From IMG/VR virus record IMGVR_UViG_3300045988_042187: a DNA stretch of 46,353 nucleotides, one strand, 5' to 3'. Shown piece after piece: positions 1 through 9,223 of the stretch. Made by a program: the position numbers and the translations under genes. Position 1 is the stretch's first letter, and each line of letters starts with the position of its first letter. Below the pieces are notes generated by a model that was not told where the DNA came from, made no database searches, and saw only the letters and a list, made by a program, of their open reading frames with translations. Source of the stretch: a virus.

Positions 1-99
1 GAGCCTGCCCGTCAAGGAGCGTGCTTTTGTCATCGCCTCTATTGATGCCCGCTGTGCGGCGGAGCGGAAAAAAGAGGCGGAACTCAAGAACAAAGCAAA
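1..99. repeat. Terminal direct repeat, copy 1 (identical to 46255..46353); overlap of a circular or circularly permuted genome assembly
   Basis: Compared by eye: the first 99 nt equal the last 99 nt exactly. The repeat lies inside an open reading frame. Confidence 0.95.
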
Positions 100-115
100 C
101 CGAAAGCGCAGATAG
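2..115 (+). CDS. 3' end of the -1 frameshift extension of the tail assembly chaperone; continues from 46169..46353 across the circular junction
   Basis: The frame is open from the window start (SLPVKERAFVIASIDARCAAERKKEAELKNKANRKRR, stop TAG at 113-115). The same frame is open at the window end from 46166. Confidence 0.7.
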   Translation, partial: SLPVKERAFVIASIDARCAAERKKEAELKNKANRKRR

Positions 116-133
116 CACTTTTGGCTCCAGCTC

Positions 134-163
134 TTGACATTGTGAACTGATTTAGCCTAAAAT
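134..163 (+). promoter_or_regulatory. Sigma-70-like promoter, TTGACA-18 nt-TAAAAT, inside the tail operon upstream of ORF 194..541
   Basis: TTGACA at 134-139 and TAAAAT at 158-163. Followed by the inverted repeat GGTGTT-atc-AACACC (164-178) and an AAGGAGG RBS. Confidence 0.5.
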
Positions 164-193
164 GGTGTTATCAACACCAAGGAGGGCTACATC

Positions 194-541
194 ATGGGAG
201 CAAAAAATATGGTCATCGCTGGTGACTACATGGGAAAACCCATCACTGGCATTGGCGGCGTGGTGCAAATCTATGTTGACCGCAAAAACTACATCCTCCT
301 GGATAAGTTTGGCGTGGACAGCTATGATGTCATCACAGAGGATACCCGCAAAAGCGCTGCCAGCGGCATTGCAAGAGGTGCCGTTGGTGCGGCTCTGTTA
401 GGACCAGTTGGCTTGCTGGCAGGGCTATCCGCAAAAAACAAAAGCACCGTCACTGTTGCGGTCCGTTTCAAAGACGGAAAAAACAGCCTGCTTGAAATGG
501 ATGACAAGGTTTACAAGAACTTTGTCCGTGCCATGTTTTAA
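194..541 (+). CDS. Hypothetical 115-aa protein with a Gly/Ala-rich hydrophobic segment (GAVGAALLGPVGLLAGL); moron-like insert between the tail chaperone and the tape measure
   Basis: ORF with AAGGAGG 7 nt upstream of the ATG and its own promoter-like element. No recognisable catalytic motif. Confidence 0.65.
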   Translation: MGAKNMVIAGDYMGKPITGIGGVVQIYVDRKNYILLDKFGVDSYDVITEDTRKSAASGIARGAVGAALLGPVGLLAGLSAKNKSTVTVAVRFKDGKNSLLEMDDKVYKNFVRAMF

Positions 542-614
542 GCACTGAGCGCTTTTAGCGCCCTCACAGTAAGTGGGGGCGCTATTTTTATTCCCCACGA
601 AAGGAGGCGGACTT

Positions 615-2627
615 GTGGCCACAATACGGTCCCAAATGGTCCTCAATGACCAAGTAACTGGCGTGCTCAAGAACATCACAAGGGCTCTGGATATTACCCT
701 GCACAGCTTTGAGCAGATGCAGGATGCGAGTGCCAATGCTGTTGATGTGCGCCTCCTCAACCAAGCGAGGGCTGGCCTGGGAGAGGTCAATCTTGCCGTC
801 CGTGAGATGGAGGAAAACTACCGCCGTGCGGCCCAGCAGGAGCAGCAGGTCACACGAAACATCCGCCAGAGCACCCAAGCAGAACAACAGCTCAATGCCA
901 GCATCCGGGGCGGCAATGGCGCACTGGATGGCATGGTGGGCAAGGCCAAAAATCTGGCGGCAACCATCGGCGCAAGTGTTGGCCTCAAAAAGCTCATAGA
1001 GCTCTCTGACCAGATGACCAGCACCACCGCCCGCCTGTCTTTCCTTGTGGATGACGGCGGCAGCGTGGATGAGCTGGAGGCCAAAATCATGGCCTCTGCC
1101 CAGCGCTCCAGAGCTGCCTACCTTGACACGGCATCTGCTATTGCCAGCATGGGCGCAAACGCTGGGGCCGCTTTCACCTCCAATGATGAACTCATTGCTT
1201 TCATGGAGCAGGTCAACAAGCAGTTTGTCATTGGCGGCGCATCCGCCCAAGGGCAGGCGGCGGCCATGCTCCAGCTCACCCAGGCAATGGCGGCAGGCGC
1301 TCTGAGAGGCGAGGAGCTAAACTCCATCCTTGAAAATGCGCCCGGCATCGCCAGAGCCATTGAGCAGTACATGGGCATTGCAGAGGGCTCCATCAAGTCC
1401 TACGCAGAAAAGGGGGCCGTGTCGGCAACCATTGTGAAAAATGCGCTCCTGTCCATCGCAGATGAAACCAATGCCAAGTTTAACGGTATGGCCATGACCT
1501 GGGGGCAGGTGTGGACCCAAATGGGCAATATCGCCCTAAAGGTGACACGACCCCTACTCACTGCCATCAACTGGCTTGCCAACAATCTCTCTGTGATTGG
1601 CCCCATCTTGCTGGGTCTGGGTGCCGCTTTTCTGGTATTCCAAGTAGCGGCGCATGCCACGGCAGCATACAACGATGTGGTCAACCTCCTCAGCATTGGC
1701 TTTGGCGTGTTGACCGGAAACACAGCGGCGGCCTCTGCGGCGGTATTCACCTTTAACTCCGCTCTGCTGGCATCTCCCATCACTTGGATAATCATGCTCA
1801 TTGCCGTTGTCATCGGCCTGTTCTACGGCGTGGTGGCCATCATCAACAAGGTCACCGGCTCCTCCATCTCCGCCACGGGGCTCATCTGCGGGGCCATTGC
1901 GGTGGCAGGAGCTTTCATTGGCAACACCGTGATTGGCCTGCTCAATGCCCTCATTCAGTACATCTGGGCCATCTTCGTTGCCCCGTTTCTTGGCATCGTG
2001 GAATGGATTTTGAATGTGTGCAACGGAGGTTTCAACAGTTTTGGTGATGCCGTGGCTAACCTCATCGGTCAAATCATTGGCTGGTTTTTGAACTTGGGCA
2101 AGGTGGTCACCACCATCATTGATGCCATTTTCGGCACCAACTGGACGGCTGGCTTGGAGAGTTTGCAAAGCTCTGTAACCGCCTGGGGCAAGAATGAAAA
2201 TGCCATCACCCTTGACAAGAACGCTCCCACCATTGACTACCGTTTTGAATACGGGGACGCATGGGCGGCGGGTAACGATTTTGGCAAGGGCATTGATGCC
2301 AAAATTGGTGGAATGTTCAACACGGGCGGTCTGGGTGACAGCAGTGGTTTTGACCTTGGTGGCATCGCCGCCTATACGGGAGAAACCGCCGACAATACCG
2401 GCAAGACCGCTGATGCTCTGGCCGTGACAGAGGAACAGCTTGAATACCTGCGGGACATCGCAGAAAGGGATGCAATCAACCGTTTCACCACCGCAGAGGT
2501 CAAGATTGACATGACCGGCATGACCAACAGAATTGACGGCGGTGCTGATCTGGACGGCGTTATCAGCCAGCTCACCGAGGGCTTTACTGGGGCGCTGGTC
2601 ACCGCCGCTGAGGGGGTGCACGCATGA
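615..2627 (+). CDS. Tail tape measure protein
   Basis: Tape-measure N-terminal motif region (LTQAMAAGALRGEELNSILENAPGIARAIEQYMG), a central cluster of hydrophobic helices, and a position after the chaperone. I prefer the GTG at 615 (AAGGAGG at 601-607) to the ORF-track ATG at 573. Confidence 0.85.
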   Translation: MATIRSQMVLNDQVTGVLKNITRALDITLHSFEQMQDASANAVDVRLLNQARAGLGEVNLAVREMEENYRRAAQQEQQVTRNIRQSTQAEQQLNASIRGGNGALDGMVGKAKNLAATIGASVGLKKLIELSDQMTSTTARLSFLVDDGGSVDELEAKIMASAQRSRAAYLDTASAIASMGANAGAAFTSNDELIAFMEQVNKQFVIGGASAQGQAAAMLQLTQAMAAGALRGEELNSILENAPGIARAIEQYMGIAEGSIKSYAEKGAVSATIVKNALLSIADETNAKFNGMAMTWGQVWTQMGNIALKVTRPLLTAINWLANNLSVIGPILLGLGAAFLVFQVAAHATAAYNDVVNLLSIGFGVLTGNTAAASAAVFTFNSALLASPITWIIMLIAVVIGLFYGVVAIINKVTGSSISATGLICGAIAVAGAFIGNTVIGLLNALIQYIWAIFVAPFLGIVEWILNVCNGGFNSFGDAVANLIGQIIGWFLNLGKVVTTIIDAIFGTNWTAGLESLQSSVTAWGKNENAITLDKNAPTIDYRFEYGDAWAAGNDFGKGIDAKIGGMFNTGGLGDSSGFDLGGIAAYTGETADNTGKTADALAVTEEQLEYLRDIAERDAINRFTTAEVKIDMTGMTNRIDGGADLDGVISQLTEGFTGALVTAAEGVHA

Positions 2628-3268
2628 GTTATTCCTGTTACCTGGGTGGCGTGGAGTGGCCCACTCCCGCCAAGCTGACCGTAAAAATCAAGGGCAAAAA
2701 TAAGACGCTCACGCTGCTCAATGAGGGTGAGATCAATTTCCTCCGCACCCCTGGGCTGAGTGAGATCGTACTGCCGGTGACGCTCTCAATGCTCACCGGC
2801 AGCCGGTCCCCGTCCTACTACATGGGCGTGTTGGAACGGCTCAAGACCTCCAAGGGCACCACTCAGTTTATTTTGGTGCGGCGCTCCCCGGATGGACGGC
2901 GGCTGTTCGACACCAACATGACCGTGAGCGTGGAGGACTACAACATCACGGAGGATGCCAAGGAGGGCCTGGATGTCAGCGTGGACATCAACCTCAAGCA
3001 ATGGCGCTCCTACGGCACGAAAACGGCCAAGGTCGAACAGCCCAGCACCGACACGGGCAAGCAGACCGTGACCGTGGAAAAGGAGCGGGATGCCAGCACG
3101 GCCCCCTCCGCTAAGACCTACACCGTGAAAAAGGGTGACACCCTCTGGGCCATCTCCGCCAAGTATTATGGCGCTGGGGCCCAGTACACCAAAATCTACG
3201 AGGCCAACACGGACAAAATCAGCAACCCCAACCTCATCTATTCTGGGCAGGTGCTCACCATCCCATGA
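2624..3268 (+). CDS. LysM-domain tail protein (XkdP-like)
   Basis: C-terminal LysM motif YTVKKGDTLWAISAKYYG...IYSGQVLTIP. ATGA overlap with the tape measure stop. Confidence 0.8.
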   Translation: MSYSCYLGGVEWPTPAKLTVKIKGKNKTLTLLNEGEINFLRTPGLSEIVLPVTLSMLTGSRSPSYYMGVLERLKTSKGTTQFILVRRSPDGRRLFDTNMTVSVEDYNITEDAKEGLDVSVDINLKQWRSYGTKTAKVEQPSTDTGKQTVTVEKERDASTAPSAKTYTVKKGDTLWAISAKYYGAGAQYTKIYEANTDKISNPNLIYSGQVLTIP

Positions 3269-4230
3269 GCTATGAGCTGCTGATACAACATGGTAGCAAT
3301 ATCATGTACCCACCCACGGTGGAGGGTGTCACCATTGAGTGGGAACGCAAAGGCCAGCCGGGCAAGCTCACCTTTGAGGTGGTAAAGACCCCAGGCCTGA
3401 GCTTTCAAGAGGGGGACCCCTGCCGTTTTTCCGTGGACGGCACCCCCGTCTTTTATGGCTTTGTCTTTGAGAAATCCCGCAAGGGCAACAACCCCAATGT
3501 CATCAAGTGCGTGGTGTATGACCAGCTTTATTACCTCAAGAATAAAGATACCTATGTCTACACCAACAAGACGGCCTCTGAGGTCATCAAAATGGTGGCG
3601 GAGGACTTCCAGCTCAATGTGGGAGAGCTTGAGGACACGGGCTACAAGATCGCCAGCCGTGTGGAGGACAATCAAACCCTGTTTGACATCATCCAAAACG
3701 CCCTGGACGAAACCCTAAAGGCCACCGGGCAGATGTATGTGCTCTATGACAATGTTGGAAAGTTGACCCTCAAGAGCCTGGGCAACATGAAACTCAACAT
3801 GCTTGTGGATGAGGACACCGCCGGTGACTACGACTATAAGAGCTCCATTGCCACCCAGACCTATGACAAAATCAAGCTCTCCTATGAGAACAAGGAAACC
3901 GGCAAGCGGGAAATCTATATTGCCCAGGACGGCTCCCACATCAATCAATGGGGTGTCCTGCAATATTATGAGAAACTGGACAGCAAGGCCAACGCCAAGG
4001 CGATGGCGGACGCTCTCCTGGACCTCTACAACACCAAGACCCGCACCCTCAAGCTCCAGGATGTCCTTGGTGACATCCGTGTGAGGGCGGGCACGCTGCT
4101 GGTGGTCATGCTGGGCCTGGGTGACATCAATGTGTCCAACTACCTCATGGCCGAACAGGTCAAGCACACATTCAACGATGGGCAGCACCTCATGGAGCTC
4201 AAAATGCGAGGTGGTACATTTGTCGCTTGA
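3265..4230 (+). CDS. Tail/baseplate hub protein (XkdQ / late-control-D-like)
   Basis: Position and size within an Xkd-type tail module; ATGA overlap with the upstream gene. Confidence 0.7.
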   Translation: MSYELLIQHGSNIMYPPTVEGVTIEWERKGQPGKLTFEVVKTPGLSFQEGDPCRFSVDGTPVFYGFVFEKSRKGNNPNVIKCVVYDQLYYLKNKDTYVYTNKTASEVIKMVAEDFQLNVGELEDTGYKIASRVEDNQTLFDIIQNALDETLKATGQMYVLYDNVGKLTLKSLGNMKLNMLVDEDTAGDYDYKSSIATQTYDKIKLSYENKETGKREIYIAQDGSHINQWGVLQYYEKLDSKANAKAMADALLDLYNTKTRTLKLQDVLGDIRVRAGTLLVVMLGLGDINVSNYLMAEQVKHTFNDGQHLMELKMRGGTFVA

Positions 4231-4612
4231 CATCAATGAGCTGGTCCGTGCTGTGAAACAGGCGGCGGTGGAGGCGGTCAAGGCGGACGGCCCCATGGCC
4301 GTGAGCTTTGGCACTGTGACATCCGCCTCCCCGCTGAAAATCCAGGTGGACCAGAAAAAGACCTTGACGGAGGCCCAGCTCATCCTCACCAACAATGTCC
4401 GGGACTTCAATGTGGACATGACGGTGGACCACCAGACGGAAAGCCAAAGCGGCGGCAGCGGAGAGGCCGCTTTTGCCGCCCAGCAGCACGCCTACAAGGG
4501 CAGGAAAACCTTTAAGGTGCACCTGGCCCTCAAGGCAGGGGAAAAGGTCATCCTCATCTCCTGTGATGGCGGGCAAAAATACATTGTCCTGGACAGATGG
4601 GAGGCACCTTGA
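4220..4612 (+). CDS. Baseplate spike-region protein (XkdR / DUF2577-like)
   Basis: Synteny. A TTG start at 4220 with GAGGTGG upstream is preferred to the in-frame ATG at 4121, which lies deep inside the upstream gene. Confidence 0.6.
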   Translation: MSLDINELVRAVKQAAVEAVKADGPMAVSFGTVTSASPLKIQVDQKKTLTEAQLILTNNVRDFNVDMTVDHQTESQSGGSGEAAFAAQQHAYKGRKTFKVHLALKAGEKVILISCDGGQKYIVLDRWEAP

Positions 4613-5022
4613 TGGGAACGCTACCGACAACTGGAGAAAACCTTGACCTCATCGGCTTTGAGCTGGAGGAGCAGCCCAGCTATACTCACAAGCTGGACAT
4701 TGAGGGGCAGCGGGTGGCGGGCATGACCGACAAGCGGGAGGCCCTGCGCCAAGCGGTCTATCTCATCCTCAATGTGGAGCGCTATGCCTACCCCATCTAT
4801 TCCCGCAATTATGGCTCCGAGCTGGTTGACCTGATCGGCCAACCTATGGACTACGCCATGAGTGAGATGAAAAGGCACATCACGGATGCCCTGATGCAGG
4901 ATGACCGCATCACCGGCGTGGATGACTGGACCTTTGAAACCGGCAGAAAGTCCGTGCTGGTCCGCTTTACCGTCTACACCATTTATGGAGAGCTGGAGGC
5001 CACAAAGGAGGTTGAGATTTAA
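4612..5022 (+). CDS. Baseplate wedge protein (XkdS / gp25-W-like)
   Basis: Synteny. The ATG at 4612 forms a TGATG overlap with the upstream stop. Confidence 0.65.
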   Translation: MGTLPTTGENLDLIGFELEEQPSYTHKLDIEGQRVAGMTDKREALRQAVYLILNVERYAYPIYSRNYGSELVDLIGQPMDYAMSEMKRHITDALMQDDRITGVDDWTFETGRKSVLVRFTVYTIYGELEATKEVEI

Positions 5023-5024
5023 CC

Positions 5025-6245
5025 ATGTTTGAAACCAAGACCTATGAGGCGCTGCTGGCCAGCGCCTTGGCCAGGGTGTCCTCCGGCATCGACAAGCGGG
5101 AGGGCTCCATGGTGATGAACGGTGTGGCTCCGTCCATGGCGGAGCTGGCCCAGCTCTACATTGGGCTGGACTTCGTTTTCACTGCCACATACCTGGCAAC
5201 AGCGCCCCGTGAATATCTCATCAAGCGGGCCGCTGACCGTAACATGAGCCCCTACCCGCCCAGCGCCGCAGTGTTCCGGGCGGAGTTTAACATTGAGGTG
5301 CCGGTGGGCACCCGTTTCTCCTGCGAGGACCTAAACTTTGTGGTGACGGCCCGCATGGACACCTCCGAGGACACCGCCACCGGCCTGAGCCACCGGGTCA
5401 CCTGCGAAACAGCAGGGGCCCAGGCCAACGGCTACACCGGCCAGCTCATCCCCATTGAGTATGTGGACGGGCTGACCCATGCAGAGCTGGTGGAGCTGCT
5501 AATCCCCGGAGATGATGAGGAGGACACGGAGGTTTTCCGCCAGCGTGTCCTTGACAGCTTCAAGTCCCAGGCCTTTGGCGGCAACCAGGCTGACTACATC
5601 GAAAAGGTGAAAGCCATGCCCGGCATCTCCGCCGTCAAGGTGCACCCGGTCTGGAACGGGGACATTGCGCCGTCCACGCTCATCCCGGATGCTACTGTCA
5701 CAGCCTGGTACACCAGCGCCATTGCGGGGCTCAGTGAGCCCGTGGCGGCCTGGCTCACCGCCGTCTACACGGCGGCGCTCAACAAAAGGCTGACGGTGGG
5801 CGGCACCGTCAAGCTGGTGCTGCTGGCATCCAATAACACCGCCCCCTCTGAAACCCTCATTGATGAGGTGCAGACGGCGGTGGACCCCACCGAGAACGCC
5901 GGGGAGGGTCTGGGACTTGCCCCCATCGGCCATGTGGTCCATGTGACCGGCGTGGAGCCGGTGCCGGTGAGCATCACGCTCAATCTGACCTATGCCTCCG
6001 GCTGGAACTGGGAGGCCATCAAAAGCTATGTGGAGGCCGTCATTGACGGCTACTTTGCAGAGCTGGCGGGCACCTGGGCCACTTCGGACCACCTGACCGT
6101 CCGTATCTCCCAGATTGAAAGCCGCATCCTCTCCGAGTGCTCCGACATGATAACGGACATTGCTGACACGCAGATCAACGGCAAGGAGGAAAACCTTGTG
6201 CTGGGTGCGGACAGCATCCCGGTGAGGGGGGACATCAATGGATAG
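5025..6245 (+). CDS. Baseplate J-like protein (XkdT-like)
   Basis: 406 aa, with the position and overall look of the baseplate J / gp47 family in Xkd-type tail modules. Confidence 0.8.
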   Translation: MFETKTYEALLASALARVSSGIDKREGSMVMNGVAPSMAELAQLYIGLDFVFTATYLATAPREYLIKRAADRNMSPYPPSAAVFRAEFNIEVPVGTRFSCEDLNFVVTARMDTSEDTATGLSHRVTCETAGAQANGYTGQLIPIEYVDGLTHAELVELLIPGDDEEDTEVFRQRVLDSFKSQAFGGNQADYIEKVKAMPGISAVKVHPVWNGDIAPSTLIPDATVTAWYTSAIAGLSEPVAAWLTAVYTAALNKRLTVGGTVKLVLLASNNTAPSETLIDEVQTAVDPTENAGEGLGLAPIGHVVHVTGVEPVPVSITLNLTYASGWNWEAIKSYVEAVIDGYFAELAGTWATSDHLTVRISQIESRILSECSDMITDIADTQINGKEENLVLGADSIPVRGDING

Positions 6246-6858
6246 AAAGCTCCTTGACTACCTCCCCCCGGTGCTCCGTGAGGTGCTTGAGTTTCAAGCC
6301 ATCAATGCCGCCAATGAGCCGGAAATCTCCATTGCGTGGGACGCTCTGGCCCTGGTCCTTGCCAATCAATTCCTGGACACGGCAACGGCCAGCGGCGTGG
6401 CCGTGTGGGAGCGTGAGCTGAATATCCGCCCCAAAGACACGGACACGCTGGAGGTCCGCAAGGCACGCATCAAGGCCCTGTGGAACTTGGAGCTGCCCTA
6501 CACTCTGCCCTGGCTCAAGAACTGGCTCACCGGCCTCTGCGGTGAGCTGGGGCATGAGGAGAGCATTGTGGACTACACCATCAACATCCAGCTTGACTAC
6601 ACCGTCCTGCCGGATGCGGATGCCCTGGCGGCGGAAATCCTGGACATGCTCCTCATGGTGCGCCCGGCCAACATGCGGGTGCTGATGACATCTTTTTTGC
6701 AGTCATACGGCACCATCACCTGCGGCGTTTACACCGAGTATGAGGATGAGGTCAACATCTGGCCCATGATGGTCCATGAGATGGAAAGCACCGGCAAGTC
6801 CATTGCTGTGGGTGCTCTGGAGTATCACAACACTGTGGAGATTTACCCACAAGAATAG
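6238..6858 (+). CDS. Baseplate/tail protein (XkdU / DUF2313-like)
   Basis: Synteny directly after baseplate J; overlapping start. Confidence 0.65.
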   Translation: MDRKLLDYLPPVLREVLEFQAINAANEPEISIAWDALALVLANQFLDTATASGVAVWERELNIRPKDTDTLEVRKARIKALWNLELPYTLPWLKNWLTGLCGELGHEESIVDYTINIQLDYTVLPDADALAAEILDMLLMVRPANMRVLMTSFLQSYGTITCGVYTEYEDEVNIWPMMVHEMESTGKSIAVGALEYHNTVEIYPQE

Positions 6859-6872
6859 GAGGAAAAAGCACT

Positions 6873-7667
6873 ATGCCCAATGAAACCAAAAACTATGGCA
6901 CCGTTATCACCACGGCGGGCGCTGCGCTAATCGCCAAGTGCATCTTGAACGGCGGCAAGGTCAACATCAAGACTGCTGCTGCCGGTGACGGCGGCGGTGA
7001 GTATTATGAGCCCACCGTGGCCCAGACCGCCCTCCGGGGCAAAAAGTGGGAGGGCGATGTGGCCAGCGCCGCAGTCAGCACCACCAACGCCAACATGATT
7101 GATGTGAAAATCACCATTGATGACAGCGTGGGTGGTTTCACCATCCGTGAGATGGGCCTCTTTGACGATGACGGCACGCTCATTGCCATCTGCAACACCC
7201 CCGACACAGAAAAGGTGTCCACGGATGGCGGCGTGTCCGGCAAGCTCACCATGATTATGCACATCGTGGTAGCGGATGCCTCCGTTGTCAGTTTCACCAT
7301 CACCCCGGCCCTGGACACGGTGAGCCGGGCGGAGATGGAGAGCGCCCTGGCAGAGCACAACACCAACGGCACCAGCCACTCCGACATCCGGGCGCTGGCG
7401 CTCAATGCTGTGCAGCAGGGCGATGTCTACACCAAGCCGGAGGTCAACGCTTTGGTGGGGGGCGCTGTGAATGAGCATAACAACTCCGACACAGCGCACG
7501 CCAGCATCCGTGTGGACCTCACGGGGCTGGATAGCCGCCTCAAGACGCTGGAGCTGAAATATGGCACTAATGTCACCGGCATCAGCTTTGAGGTCACCTT
7601 TGTTACGCTGACGGATGTAGTGGTCACCGGCGTATGGAATGAGGAACTTGGCCGAATTGAGTTTTAA
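6873..7667 (+). CDS. Tail fibre protein with a P2 gpH-like N-terminal baseplate-attachment domain
   Basis: The N-terminus (YGTVITTAGAALIAKCILNGGKVNI...FTIREMGLFDDDGTLIAI) resembles tail-fibre N-terminal domains. The C-terminal 51 aa are shared with ORF 9224..9502. Confidence 0.75.
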   Translation: MPNETKNYGTVITTAGAALIAKCILNGGKVNIKTAAAGDGGGEYYEPTVAQTALRGKKWEGDVASAAVSTTNANMIDVKITIDDSVGGFTIREMGLFDDDGTLIAICNTPDTEKVSTDGGVSGKLTMIMHIVVADASVVSFTITPALDTVSRAEMESALAEHNTNGTSHSDIRALALNAVQQGDVYTKPEVNALVGGAVNEHNNSDTAHASIRVDLTGLDSRLKTLELKYGTNVTGISFEVTFVTLTDVVVTGVWNEELGRIEF

Positions 7668-7685
7668 GATGCGGAGGTGAACAAG

Positions 7686-7988
7686 ATGCGGAGAGGCACA
7701 AACCCTGTGCTGACCTTTGAGCTGCCGGAGGCAATCACTATATCTGCCCTGTATATCACTTTTCAGCAGAACAGGCAAACTGTGCTGGAAAAGGACCTCA
7801 CTGCTGTCACCTATGACAAAGAAAACGGCATCATCACGCTGCCGCTCTCCCAGGAGGACACGCTCCTCTTTTCGGAGCTTGAGCCTGTCTGGGTGCAACT
7901 CCGCCTGCGGGACAATCTGGACAACGCCATTGCCAGTGAGCCCATGCGGGTCAATGTGGGGGAGATATTCAAGGACGGGGTGATCTAA
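7686..7988 (+). CDS. Hypothetical tail-fibre-module protein
   Basis: ORF with a GGAGG RBS; the ATG at 7686 is preferred to the GTG at 7677, which lies inside the RBS. Confidence 0.55.
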   Translation: MRRGTNPVLTFELPEAITISALYITFQQNRQTVLEKDLTAVTYDKENGIITLPLSQEDTLLFSELEPVWVQLRLRDNLDNAIASEPMRVNVGEIFKDGVI

Positions 7989-7989
7989 T

Positions 7990-8298
7990 GTGACCTATGC
8001 AGTAAACTTTGAAACCACGCCCAGGGTCATTGCGGTCAAGCTCTCCACCGGCGGCATGATGCACGCCAGCTTTGGCTCTGTGCAGTATGTCAACACCGGC
8101 AAGCAAGGAATTGATGGCACCACTTTTTACCCCTCTGTGGAGGGCGATGAGTGCACCCTGAGCTGGACCAATGACGGCAACAAAGAAAACCCCAAGCCTG
8201 TCAATTTGAGGGGCCGCCAAGGCCCCCAGGGCGCTCCTGGCAGTGACGCAGACATCCTGCCCATCACAAACCTGGAGCTTGAAAAACTACTCATATAA
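7990..8298 (+). CDS. Small fibre-associated protein with a short collagen-like stretch (GRQGPQGAPGSD)
   Basis: GTG-initiated ORF containing Gly-X-Y triplets, within the tail fibre module. Confidence 0.5.
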   Translation: MTYAVNFETTPRVIAVKLSTGGMMHASFGSVQYVNTGKQGIDGTTFYPSVEGDECTLSWTNDGNKENPKPVNLRGRQGPQGAPGSDADILPITNLELEKLLI

Positions 8299-8312
8299 GG
8301 AGGACAGCCAAA

Positions 8313-9209
8313 ATGGCAAACAGCAAGAAAGCGCTTGATGAAAATGGTGTACTTTACCTGTGGGGTAAGGTCAAGACCTATGTGGCCACGGCCATTGCCA
8401 ACATCAAGCTGCCCAGCAAGACCTCTGATCTGACCAATGACAGCGGTTTCATCACTGCCAAGGATGTGCCGGAGGGCGCTGCCGCATCCAGCACCGTGCC
8501 CAAGATGGACGGCACCGCTGCCGCTGGTACGGAAACCGCTTTTGCCCGTGGTGACCATGTGCACCCCTCTGACACCACTAAGGTGGACAAGGTAGAGGGC
8601 AAGGGCCTGAGTGCCAATGACTACACCAACGAGGAAAAGGCCAAGCTGGGCGGCGTGGAGGCCAACGCCAACAACTACACCCTGCCGGATGCCAGCGCCT
8701 CCGTCAAGGGAGGCGTGACTGTTGGCACCAATGTGGATGTCAGCGGCGGCAAAATCTCCGTCAAGAACGGCACCACCAACCAGAAAGGCGTGGTGCAGCT
8801 CTCCAGCGCCACCGATGACACCAGCACCACCAAGGCCGCCACGCCCAGCGCCGTCAAAGCTGCCTATGACCTGGCGGCAGGCAAGCAGAGCCCGGCCACC
8901 TCTTTGGCAGGCTACGGCATTGCAGATGCCTACACCAAGGATGAGGTGGATGCCAAGATGTCCAGCGCCCTTGAATATAAGGGCTCCAAGGACACCTATG
9001 CAGACCTGCCCACCACCGGCAACAAGAAAGGCGATGTGTGGAACATTGTCAATGCTGATGCGGCCCACGGGGTCAACGCCGGTGACAATGTGGCCTGGAA
9101 CGGCACCACATGGGATGTGCTGGCCGGTACGATGGACTTGTCCGCCTACATGCTTGCGGAGGACCTTGTGGCCATTTCCAACACAGAGCTGGATAATATC
9201 TGCAAGTAA
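8313..9209 (+). CDS. Tail fibre protein
   Basis: Typical phage fibre repeat motifs (TSDLTNDSGF, GLSANDYTNEEKAKL, KGVVQLSSATDDTSTTKAATPSAVKAAYD) and a strong RBS. Confidence 0.85.
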   Translation: MANSKKALDENGVLYLWGKVKTYVATAIANIKLPSKTSDLTNDSGFITAKDVPEGAAASSTVPKMDGTAAAGTETAFARGDHVHPSDTTKVDKVEGKGLSANDYTNEEKAKLGGVEANANNYTLPDASASVKGGVTVGTNVDVSGGKISVKNGTTNQKGVVQLSSATDDTSTTKAATPSAVKAAYDLAAGKQSPATSLAGYGIADAYTKDEVDAKMSSALEYKGSKDTYADLPTTGNKKGDVWNIVNADAAHGVNAGDNVAWNGTTWDVLAGTMDLSAYMLAEDLVAISNTELDNICK

Positions 9210-9223
9210 AGGAGGCCAATGAC

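Noticed and set aside
573-614. An ATG at 573 as the tape measure start, and similar upstream track starts at 4121, 4597, 13182, 15694, 19175, 19939, 23011, 27965, 28329, 38252 and 42805.
   Set aside because: The downstream in-frame starts have proper Shine-Dalgarno spacing or stop/start overlaps. The upstream starts lie inside the preceding gene, a terminator or the RBS itself. Start assignments remain predictions.
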